Source: Candidatus Latescibacterota bacterium
GTDB lineage: Bacteria > Latescibacterota > UBA2968
Length of the DNA: 64,000 nt
Assembly (NCBI GenBank): GCA_965222605.1
Contig: OZ244960.1
Span: 4,544,001 to 4,608,000 of the forward strand
Reading direction: 5' to 3'
The notes beneath the pieces are model-generated. The model was not told the DNA's origin. It searched no databases and saw only the letters and a program-made list of their open reading frames with translations. The position numbers and the translations under genes were made by a program. Shown here one piece after another: positions 56,575-64,000 of the stretch; positions within the stretch are counted from its first letter, which is position 1, and each line of letters starts with the position of its first letter.

Positions 56575-57237
56575 GTGAAGGAGGCTGAGATGTCAACGCT
56601 TACATCGACGTTTGCAACCGCATTTCCAGGTCAGGTTGCCAATTTGATTACCGCGGGCAGAGTGGTGCTTTTGTTTTTGGCGACGGCTTTTGCGGTGTCT
56701 GGAGATGCGACGCTGGCCTGGGTTGCGGTGCCGCTCGCATTTGTCGCGCTGGTGATGGATTGGCTGGATGGGTATCTCGCGCGGCGGTTGGGTTGCGAGA
56801 GCAAGGTCGGGGGGGTGCTGGATATTGTGGGGGATCGGATTGCGGAGAATGTGTGGTGGGTGGTGTTTGCGTGGTTGCATGTCATTCCGCTGTGGGTGCC
56901 GATTGTGGTGCTTAGCAGGGGGTTTGTGACGGATGCGATTCGCAGTTGTGCCCTGACCAGGGGTTTCACGGCGTTTGGCGAGTCAACGATGATGAAGTCG
57001 CGGATTGGGTTCGCGCTGGTTGCCTCGCGCGTGAGCCGGGCGACGTACGGGACTTCCAAGGTGGTCGCGTTTGTGCTGTTGTTCAGTCTGAATGCGGCGC
57101 AACTGATGCCGGGTTTGACACCTGCATTTTTATCGGGTCTTGAGATGTTTGCTTTGATGGCGACGTACCTGACGGCCGCGCTGTGTGTTATTCGGGCGAT
57201 TCCGGTGATTACGGCTGCGAAACGGGTTGTTGTTTAA
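56575..57237 (+). CDS. CDP-alcohol phosphatidyltransferase family protein
   Basis: DWLDGYLARRLGCESKVGGVLDIVGD signature; likely start 56590. Confidence 0.92.
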   Translation: MKEAEMSTLTSTFATAFPGQVANLITAGRVVLLFLATAFAVSGDATLAWVAVPLAFVALVMDWLDGYLARRLGCESKVGGVLDIVGDRIAENVWWVVFAWLHVIPLWVPIVVLSRGFVTDAIRSCALTRGFTAFGESTMMKSRIGFALVASRVSRATYGTSKVVAFVLLFSLNAAQLMPGLTPAFLSGLEMFALMATYLTAALCVIRAIPVITAAKRVVV

Positions 57238-57261
57238 GATAGCATTTTTCAGGAGAATGAC

Positions 57262-58272
57262 ATGAAACGGGAAACGCATATTTTGCTCTGTCTGATAGGG
57301 TTTGCTGGCCTGGGTGTGCTTTTGTACCAGCTCAGTACCCCAGAGGTGTGGCAACATGTTTTGATGATGGGCTGGGGCTATGTGCCAGTGATCGGCCTGT
57401 CGCTGGTGGTAGCTGTTCATCATGCGTGGATATGGCGGGCGTGCTTTGATCGCGGGTCGGAAAGGCCGCGTTTGAGGCAGTTGTTGTGGGTGCAGTTGGC
57501 TGGCGAGGCAGTGGGCAATGTGGCGCCGGCATCGCAGGTTGGCAAGGAGGTCGGCAAGGCGATTGTGCTGAGAGATAAGATGTGCGTTTCCAGCGGGGTG
57601 TCGTCTCTGGTGATCAATAAGACGGGTGAGATGATTGGCGGAGTGATTTTTGTGATAGGTGGCGTTGTGCTGGGTTTGCAGCGGTTTTCGTGGCCAGCTG
57701 AGGTGCGAGGCGCTCTGATCGCTGTTCTGGCGTTGTCTGTGCTGGGGGTTGTTTGGACTGTTTTCAGGCAGCGCCGGAGTCCTTTTGCGCGGTTTTTGAA
57801 TTTGATGCTGTGGTTGCGGCTTACGTTTTTGGAGCGGTTCCGCGACCATGCAGTGGAGATTGATGAGAATTTGGCGCAGTTTTATCGGTTGAATAGGTGG
57901 CGTTTGGCGGGGTTGTTGGGTTTGCATCTGTTGGGCTGGAGCATGGGGACGCTGGAGATTTACGCGATTCTTTACGTGCTGGGTGAACCGATGTCGTTTG
58001 TTTCGGTGTATCTGTTCCACGCGCTGATGATCGTGATTAACGCGGCGTTCTTTTTTGTTCCGCTCGGGATGGGCGTTTTTGAAGGCGGGCATGTGTTTCT
58101 GTTTCATTTGATGGGTTTGGATCCAAAGATGGGTTTGGCTGTAGGCATTGTTCGGCGGATTCGGAGGCTTTTCTGGATGCAGGTGGGACTGGCGCTGTTG
58201 CTGATCGGGCCACGGGTCAAGCGGGCTGATGAGATGCCGGAAAATGATAGTCTTCAGCAGGTGGAGATATAG
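57262..58272 (+). CDS. Lysylphosphatidylglycerol-synthase TM-domain (flippase-like, UPF0104) protein
   Basis: Multi-TM; GNVAPASQVGKE; FFVPLGMGVFEGG; IVRRIRRLFW. Confidence 0.8.
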   Translation: MKRETHILLCLIGFAGLGVLLYQLSTPEVWQHVLMMGWGYVPVIGLSLVVAVHHAWIWRACFDRGSERPRLRQLLWVQLAGEAVGNVAPASQVGKEVGKAIVLRDKMCVSSGVSSLVINKTGEMIGGVIFVIGGVVLGLQRFSWPAEVRGALIAVLALSVLGVVWTVFRQRRSPFARFLNLMLWLRLTFLERFRDHAVEIDENLAQFYRLNRWRLAGLLGLHLLGWSMGTLEIYAILYVLGEPMSFVSVYLFHALMIVINAAFFFVPLGMGVFEGGHVFLFHLMGLDPKMGLAVGIVRRIRRLFWMQVGLALLLIGPRVKRADEMPENDSLQQVEI

Positions 58273-58325
58273 TGCATCAAGCATGACAGACGTTCGTCAA
58301 CGAATATTCAAAAAAGGAAAAAGTA

Positions 58326-58853
58326 ATGACACGCTCGATTTCTTGCCTGATCTGTCTCTTTTTGATTGTAACCTTCAGTTTCCCGGCAGAGGGAAAAAAA
58401 ACAGATCTCACCAAAAGTTATGGTATTGGACTTCAGGGAGCTACACCCACATTTGGTGGCATTAGTTTTCGCTATAACGGACTGGCACCCGTATATCTTC
58501 AAACCGTTGGGCGTTTTATTATCAATGGTCAGGATAGTGACCATATGTTAGGTGCTGGTGTTTCATATGCCATATTTGAGCATCAAGGCAGGTGGAACAT
58601 AGCCCGACTTTATTTCACTTTAGAAGGCGGCTGGCAATACAAAAAAGAGGAGGATCTCCATCAAGAGATTATTAAAACCACGACGCTGGGAACTGGACTC
58701 GCTTTTGGAGGCGATATTGTGTTTTCACTTGGGGGGATTCCTCTTGGCTTGAACGTGGAAATCGGTCAAGGGTTTGGTAGGAAAAAAACCAGCTCTCAAT
58801 CTAAGGGCCTTGCTGGCGTCTATGTAGGCGGGGGAATACATGCCTATTTTTAG
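58326..58853 (+). CDS. Small outer-membrane beta-barrel-like hypothetical protein
   Basis: Signal peptide; alternating Gly/aromatic strands; ends GGGIHAYF. Confidence 0.65.
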   Translation: MTRSISCLICLFLIVTFSFPAEGKKTDLTKSYGIGLQGATPTFGGISFRYNGLAPVYLQTVGRFIINGQDSDHMLGAGVSYAIFEHQGRWNIARLYFTLEGGWQYKKEEDLHQEIIKTTTLGTGLAFGGDIVFSLGGIPLGLNVEIGQGFGRKKTSSQSKGLAGVYVGGGIHAYF

Positions 58854-58883
58854 ATCTCCTTTTTTAGATATAGCAACCATCCA

Positions 58884-58946
58884 CACGAGTGGGTCAGGTG
58901 AGCCAGAGCAGTAGGGACTTCCAAAGAATGTCCGTCTGGGGTACTC
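58884..58946 (+). pseudogene. Orphan internal fragment of a PorV-like gene
   Basis: Reads TSGSGEPEQ*GLPKNVRLG versus TSGLGEPERWGLPKNVRLG at ~61952-62015. Confidence 0.65.
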
Positions 58947-58972
58947 TACGTCAAAACATGAAGGAGAGATTT

Positions 58973-60100
58973 ATGAAAAAATTAATAGCTGCCTTTGTAA
59001 CCGCGGCCCTCCTGCTCAACGCGATGGCTTCCACACTTGCACACGCAGCCACATACTTGCAAGATGCAGAGGTCAATGCCAATACGCTGATTCGAGATGC
59101 TTATGTGCAAGTCACCTATTACGATAGCAATGGAGAACAGAAATTGGCGAAGGGGTGGATTGACACTATTGGTGAGACCACATTTAAGATTCGAGGCAGG
59201 GCACTTTTCGGAAAGAAGACCATTGCTTACGACATAGTCCTGTCAGTGATCATGAGCGAAGAATCAACAACACGAGGAAAGCAAATCAATGAGGTAGATC
59301 GGTTTATTCGAGACATGAAAAAACGAGAGGCAAGAGCGTTAGAAACAGAGCAAGCCGCTATACAACGGCTCAATCAGGAAGCTGTGACGATCATATCTCG
59401 CGGACAGATTGATTCTTCAAAGATTACGAAGGGATGGTATGCCCATGTCGTCTATACATCGCAAGGTGCCACAGGAACTGCAACCAGCCGAATTGCGGAC
59501 AAGGACTCAAGCCGTATTGCGCTCAAATATGGGTTTGATACCTATAATATAAACTATGATGACATCGATACCCTCGTGGTTGACAAACAGTGGCGCGATA
59601 TCGAAAGGTATCGAGAAATCGGCGCGAAGTACGATGCCAGAGTACGTTTCAAAGCGCCTTCAGTTTCAAGAAGGCGGATAACGGGCAGACTCATCAATGT
59701 GACGCAAGACACTCTTATTATCGAAGCTGGACGTACACTGTATCAGGTACCCGTTTCTTCAATCTCCAATCTTGAAGTCAGCACCTTAAGATATAACAAA
59801 GGCTTTAAAATCGGGCTTGGTGCCGGAGCCGTCATCATTGGATTCACAAGTATATATACATATAGAGAAAAAAAGCGTATTGACCAGAGCAGTGGCGATA
59901 CCAGTCTCGCATATTACACCCTTGGTATCGCAACATTAGTGGGATATTCCGCTGGTGCATTTGTATGTCTTCTCTCCACTCTCATTGGTGCTACAATAAA
60001 ATCCGACAAATGGGTCGAAGTGCCACCACAACGTCTCAACCTGAGCCTTGCGCCCACATCCACAAAAGGGCTTCGCGCTGCGCTTACGTTTAATTTTTGA
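58973..60100 (+). CDS. Modular exported protein: A + C + Sm-like domain + hydrophobic segment + ALTFNF tail
   Basis: RBS AAGGAG then MKKLIAAFVTAALLLNAMASTLAHAATYLQ; module C (GWYAHVVYTS...DIDTLVV) shared with 60153. Confidence 0.8.
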   Translation: MKKLIAAFVTAALLLNAMASTLAHAATYLQDAEVNANTLIRDAYVQVTYYDSNGEQKLAKGWIDTIGETTFKIRGRALFGKKTIAYDIVLSVIMSEESTTRGKQINEVDRFIRDMKKREARALETEQAAIQRLNQEAVTIISRGQIDSSKITKGWYAHVVYTSQGATGTATSRIADKDSSRIALKYGFDTYNINYDDIDTLVVDKQWRDIERYREIGAKYDARVRFKAPSVSRRRITGRLINVTQDTLIIEAGRTLYQVPVSSISNLEVSTLRYNKGFKIGLGAGAVIIGFTSIYTYREKKRIDQSSGDTSLAYYTLGIATLVGYSAGAFVCLLSTLIGATIKSDKWVEVPPQRLNLSLAPTSTKGLRAALTFNF

Positions 60101-60152
60101 CGTCAGGGACCGAGCTAACGGCTGTGTTCACGTATTTTAACAGGAGGAATTT

Positions 60153-61337
60153 ATGGTACGAATAGCAGCAATCGTTTGTATGTTAAGCGTATGTATGCCA
60201 GAGACCTCCCTGGCAAGGGAGACCTTTGAAGCTGGTGAGATTGATAGCAGCACAGTTAAACCAGGTGCTTTTGTCGAGATTATCTATGGGAAGGGCGAGC
60301 GGGATACGGTGTCAGGAGAGTGGGAGGGACTGAATACGGCAAGGGGATATATTCAAGCTATTGATGCGGAGCGGTTGATCATTGGCGAACAGTTTTGGAA
60401 GAAGGAGATCGCATTAGATCGCGTTCAAAAGCTGACGATTTTAGGAGTTGTCCGCGATGTGAAAAAGTCAGCGTTAGAGACAGCGCAAACCGCTATACAA
60501 CGTTTCGATCAGAAGGCCATTGCGATTATGGCACGGGGGGAGATTGACACGTCAAAGATCGCGACGGGATGGTATGCTCAGGTCGTTTATACATCAGACG
60601 GGGATAGAGGAACTGCAATGGGAAAGATTATCGGCAAGAACTCAGATCGTATTGTGATCCAGAGTAGGGATAGTTTTTGGAGAAACTGGAAAATAGCATA
60701 CAGTGATATTGATACACTCGTTGTAGCGAAACGGCAAAGAGACATTGAAGGGCGAAGAGATTCAAGAACAAAGAGCAGGCGCGGTGCAGGATTGAATATT
60801 GAAATTGGCTGGAATGGTGGCGTCAATCCCTATGATATTTACTGGATATCTAACCCCGGAGGAGGTGCGTATGCCGCGGGCTTCGACACACAAACGAGAC
60901 AGCCGTGGTCAGTTTCCTGTTATTTTGGTCGTTTTCTTACGGGTGAGAGGCGTGGGCGATTGGGGATAAAATATATCCGGCAGATAGTAGAAGCAGATAA
61001 AAGGGGTCGTTATCCCGGACGCTATCGCCTCTGGATGTCATCGCTGCTGTTGAATTATCAATTTGTGGTTCTAAGAAGCACGGCAGGTATCGTAGTGGCT
61101 GAGATTGCGATGGGTAGATCGCTCACGAATGACGACTTCAGGTACTGCGATGGGGTCTGTTTTCCCGCATCCAGTACGCACATCTCTTCCGGGCTTGCGT
61201 TCATACTGCCTATCCATCGGAGTATTGGCGTGCAGGCTGTGGTGCGAGCAAATTTATACAAGCCAAAGCCGAACGAATCCATCACGCCTTTTAAGTCGGG
61301 AATATCGTTGGCTATTGGACCGCTTTTAGAGTTTTAG
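60153..61337 (+). CDS. Modular outer-membrane protein: B + C + beta-barrel-like domain (GPLLEF tail)
   Basis: EAGEIDSSTVKPGAFVEIIYGK module; module C; tail SGISLAIGPLLEF shared with 62390. Confidence 0.8.
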   Translation: MVRIAAIVCMLSVCMPETSLARETFEAGEIDSSTVKPGAFVEIIYGKGERDTVSGEWEGLNTARGYIQAIDAERLIIGEQFWKKEIALDRVQKLTILGVVRDVKKSALETAQTAIQRFDQKAIAIMARGEIDTSKIATGWYAQVVYTSDGDRGTAMGKIIGKNSDRIVIQSRDSFWRNWKIAYSDIDTLVVAKRQRDIEGRRDSRTKSRRGAGLNIEIGWNGGVNPYDIYWISNPGGGAYAAGFDTQTRQPWSVSCYFGRFLTGERRGRLGIKYIRQIVEADKRGRYPGRYRLWMSSLLLNYQFVVLRSTAGIVVAEIAMGRSLTNDDFRYCDGVCFPASSTHISSGLAFILPIHRSIGVQAVVRANLYKPKPNESITPFKSGISLAIGPLLEF

Positions 61338-61388
61338 GAATTGTCCCAGGATGAAATATCACGAGTTCAATTGGAAAAGGTAATGACC

Positions 61389-62357
61389 ATGAGACGATAT
61401 ACGCTACTTGGGCTATGCACTCTGATTGGGTTGATGGCAGGTGAGGGATCAGCCCAGGAGCCTGTCAGTATAAAGAGAACGGGGTTCACTTTTTTGCAGT
61501 TTCCTACCAATGCCCGCACGGCAGCTTTGGGTGAGGCTGGCGTGGGGTTGATCGAGAGTGGGCAGGCTATTTTGTACAATCCAGCGGGACTGGCTTTTAT
61601 GGAAGATCGGGAAGCGTATTTTACGTATATCGATTGGATTTTTAGTACCAAGAATTACGTGGCTGGCGTTTCAGCAAATGTGCTGCGTGTAGGGACATTT
61701 GGACTTTCTGTCTTGAATCACGATGTCGGTCCTATCAGGTTCGAGAATACCACGCAAGAGATCAGCGAGTATGCCATTTCCGTGGCTTATGGGGGCATGA
61801 TTATCAATCGGATTGCGGTGGGAACCACCCTCAAGCTGATTCATCAAGGCTTTCCTGAGTTCACGCAAAATGTCTTTGCCTTTGATTTGGGTACGTATTT
61901 TGCCACGGGATTTCGGAATACGGTGATTGCGATGGGCGTGGAGAACTTGAGCACGAGCGGGTTAGGCGAGCCAGAGCGATGGGGACTTCCGAAGAATGTG
62001 CGGCTGGGTGTGCTCCTTGATTTGATTGCGCTGATAGATTTCGGTCCCCTGCCCCACGCTCTGGACCTGGTCGTAGATGTGAATAATCCAAATGATTCTG
62101 AGGATGGCTTCTACACGGATATAGGTGTCGAATATACATATATGTATCATACCGCCATAGGCGACAAGTTGGGATTTTCGCTGCGAGGAGGGAAAAGAAA
62201 AAGGCCCCGTAGTCTAATAGATCCCTATACCCTGGGTATTGGGGTGCAGTTTAAGACCGGTGGTTTAGGTTTGAAGGTGGATTACGCGAGCAAGTCCTTT
62301 GACGCCTTTTACGATGGTGAACGGGTGCATATTCTCAGCGTTGCGTTTGATTTTTAG
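61389..62357 (+). CDS. PorV/PorQ-like (UPF0164) outer-membrane barrel
   Basis: TGFTFLQFPTNARTAALGEAGVGL...YNPAGLAF; FAFDLG; ends SVAFDF. Confidence 0.8.
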   Translation: MRRYTLLGLCTLIGLMAGEGSAQEPVSIKRTGFTFLQFPTNARTAALGEAGVGLIESGQAILYNPAGLAFMEDREAYFTYIDWIFSTKNYVAGVSANVLRVGTFGLSVLNHDVGPIRFENTTQEISEYAISVAYGGMIINRIAVGTTLKLIHQGFPEFTQNVFAFDLGTYFATGFRNTVIAMGVENLSTSGLGEPERWGLPKNVRLGVLLDLIALIDFGPLPHALDLVVDVNNPNDSEDGFYTDIGVEYTYMYHTAIGDKLGFSLRGGKRKRPRSLIDPYTLGIGVQFKTGGLGLKVDYASKSFDAFYDGERVHILSVAFDF

Positions 62358-62389
62358 AACAAGGATTAATGATTCGAAAAGGGGAACTC

Positions 62390-63619
62390 ATGGCACGAAT
62401 AGCTACAATCGTTTTGATGCTGGGCATGTGTCTGCCTGAGACCTTGCTGGCAGGGGTGGTCTTTGAAGCCGGTGAGATTGATAGCAGCACAGTTAAACCC
62501 GGTGCCTATGTCGAGATCATCTATGGGAAAAGAGAGCGGGATCCAGTATCAGGAGAGTGGGAGAAATTGGATACTGTAAAAGGATATATCAAAGCCATTG
62601 ATGCGGAGACTTTGACTATTGGTGAACGGTTTTGGAAAAAGAAAATAGAGTTAGAGCGCATCCAAAAGCTGACGATTCCAGATGCTGATGGCGAGATGGA
62701 CAGGCTCAGGGGGATTGACTTGCCTTTCGGATCACGGACATTGCAGACGAAGATCATTTTAGAAGCGGGTGAGATTGATAGCAGCAGGGTTGCAGTCGGT
62801 GCTTATGTCGAGGTCATCTATGGGAAGGGGAAGCGGGATGCGGTGTCAGGTGAGTGGGAAGGAGAAAAGAAAGTAAAAGGATATGTCAAAGCTGTTGATG
62901 CAGAATATTTGATTATTGGCGAACGGTTTTTGGAAGAGCAGATCGCATTGGAGCGCGTTCAAAAGCTGATCATTTTAGACGCTGCTGACCGGGAGATGGA
63001 CAAGCTCAGACAGCCAACAGATTCGCTTTCAGTGAGAACAAAGAACGGGCATGGGATAAGGCTGTTATTTGAAACTGGCTATTTTACGGGCGTTAGAACA
63101 GAATTTCTGGATCTCTACTTCGGTGGATCGATAGGTAAAAAAGGACTGCCCTGGTCTGTGTCTCTTTTATTTGCTGATGCGAGACGTTGGAGACTTGCTC
63201 TGAGAGGTGCCTATCGGAAAATTCAGGTATTCGGAAGATATACCCAGGCCGAACTCGCGGAGCGATTTCCCCTTGCTCCCAGGAGCGAATCCATTCGGCA
63301 TAGAGATGGCGTCACCTACCGGTTGGTTTCGGTGTTGCTGGCCTACCAACGTGTTATTCATAGAAGCACGCGAAGTGTCGTGCTGGCGGATCTTGCAGGC
63401 GGAATAGCGTATAGGAGTTCTTTTTTTAATAATGGGGGGGAGCCGGTGGAATCTTCCAGAAATTTTTTATGCTGGTCTGCGGGAGTTGCTTTTCTGATGC
63501 CTGTCCATTCGCGCGTCAGTCTGCAAGCCAGTGTGCGGAAAGATTTTTTGGTGGGGTATTTCCCAGATCCTTTTATTTCGGGGATGTCGTTGACTATTGG
63601 ACCGCTTTTAGAGTTTTAG
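62390..63619 (+). CDS. Modular outer-membrane protein: B + B + beta-barrel-like domain (GPLLEF tail)
   Basis: Two EAGEIDSS...ERxQKL modules; tail SGMSLTIGPLLEF. Confidence 0.8.
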   Translation: MARIATIVLMLGMCLPETLLAGVVFEAGEIDSSTVKPGAYVEIIYGKRERDPVSGEWEKLDTVKGYIKAIDAETLTIGERFWKKKIELERIQKLTIPDADGEMDRLRGIDLPFGSRTLQTKIILEAGEIDSSRVAVGAYVEVIYGKGKRDAVSGEWEGEKKVKGYVKAVDAEYLIIGERFLEEQIALERVQKLIILDAADREMDKLRQPTDSLSVRTKNGHGIRLLFETGYFTGVRTEFLDLYFGGSIGKKGLPWSVSLLFADARRWRLALRGAYRKIQVFGRYTQAELAERFPLAPRSESIRHRDGVTYRLVSVLLAYQRVIHRSTRSVVLADLAGGIAYRSSFFNNGGEPVESSRNFLCWSAGVAFLMPVHSRVSLQASVRKDFLVGYFPDPFISGMSLTIGPLLEF

Positions 63620-63669
63620 GGATTGTCCCAGGATAAATACTACCATTTCAATCAGGGGAATATTCGATT

Positions 63670-64000
63670 ATGAGACGATATACTCTAATTGGGCTATGCA
63701 CACTGTGTATATGGCTCATAGCGGGTGAGGGGTTTGCTCAGACGGTTATCAGGTCAACGGGGTACGACGTTTTATTTCGTCCCAACAGTGGCCGCACCGC
63801 TGCTTTGAGTGAGGCGGGTGGGGGGTTGATCGGAAGCGGGCAAGCTATTTTTTATAATTCCGCAGGACTGGCTTTTATGGAAGGTCGGGAAGCGTATTTC
63901 ACTTACGTAGATTGGATTAGTGGTTCCAAGAACTACGTAGCTGGCCTTGCAGCAAATGTGTCAGGCAAAGGGACATTCGGGATTTCTGCGGTGAATCTCG
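63670..64000 (+). CDS. PorV/PorQ-like protein, N-terminal part (runs off window end)
   Basis: MRRYTLIGLCTLCIWLIAGEGFAQ...RTAALSEAGGGLIGSGQAIFYNSAGLAFMEGREAYFTY, paralogous to 42708 and 61389. Confidence 0.8.
   Translation, partial: MRRYTLIGLCTLCIWLIAGEGFAQTVIRSTGYDVLFRPNSGRTAALSEAGGGLIGSGQAIFYNSAGLAFMEGREAYFTYVDWISGSKNYVAGLAANVSGKGTFGISAVNL

Noticed and set aside
41194-64000. Integron cassette array
   Set aside because: No integrase and no recurring attC-like (RYYYAAC...GTTRRRY) sites found between genes; the shared sequences are gene ends and leaders.

Overview
Bacterial window with two distinct halves. The gene repertoire (three sulfatases, three Gfo/Idh/MocA oxidoreductases, PorV-like barrels, WD40 proteins with dockerin-like EF-hand tags) resembles Latescibacterota/Gemmatimonadota-type host-associated bacteria; that taxonomy is inference only. 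Bases 1-36.5 kb hold ordinary metabolic and envelope genes: partial tilS, a TlpA/OMP pair, a DAACS symporter, sulfatases, a heparinase II/III protein, an M24 peptidase, alpha-2-macroglobulin with pbpC, an APH(6)-like kinase and a GAF histidine kinase with a sigma54 response regulator. That half also has hicBA, a decayed vapBC, an intact IS66 (14-bp IRs, 8-bp TSD) and two unusual membrane-anchored CutA-domain genes. Bases 36.5-64 kb form a dynamic island. A ~205-bp sigma54 promoter/enhancer block occurs twice (36487 and 56349), and the first copy is a deletion scar of the lipid operon that follows the second. The island holds a solo tnpB element, a MITE, candidate structured RNAs, three large secreted WD40 proteins with dockerin-like tags, and an array of exported proteins built combinatorially from four short Sm/SH3-like modules plus interchangeable C-terminal tails; three of these are each followed by a PorV-like gene. 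Many orphan fragments and deletion scars suggest ongoing recombinational shuffling of a surface-protein repertoire, which is the best candidate here for an undescribed system.
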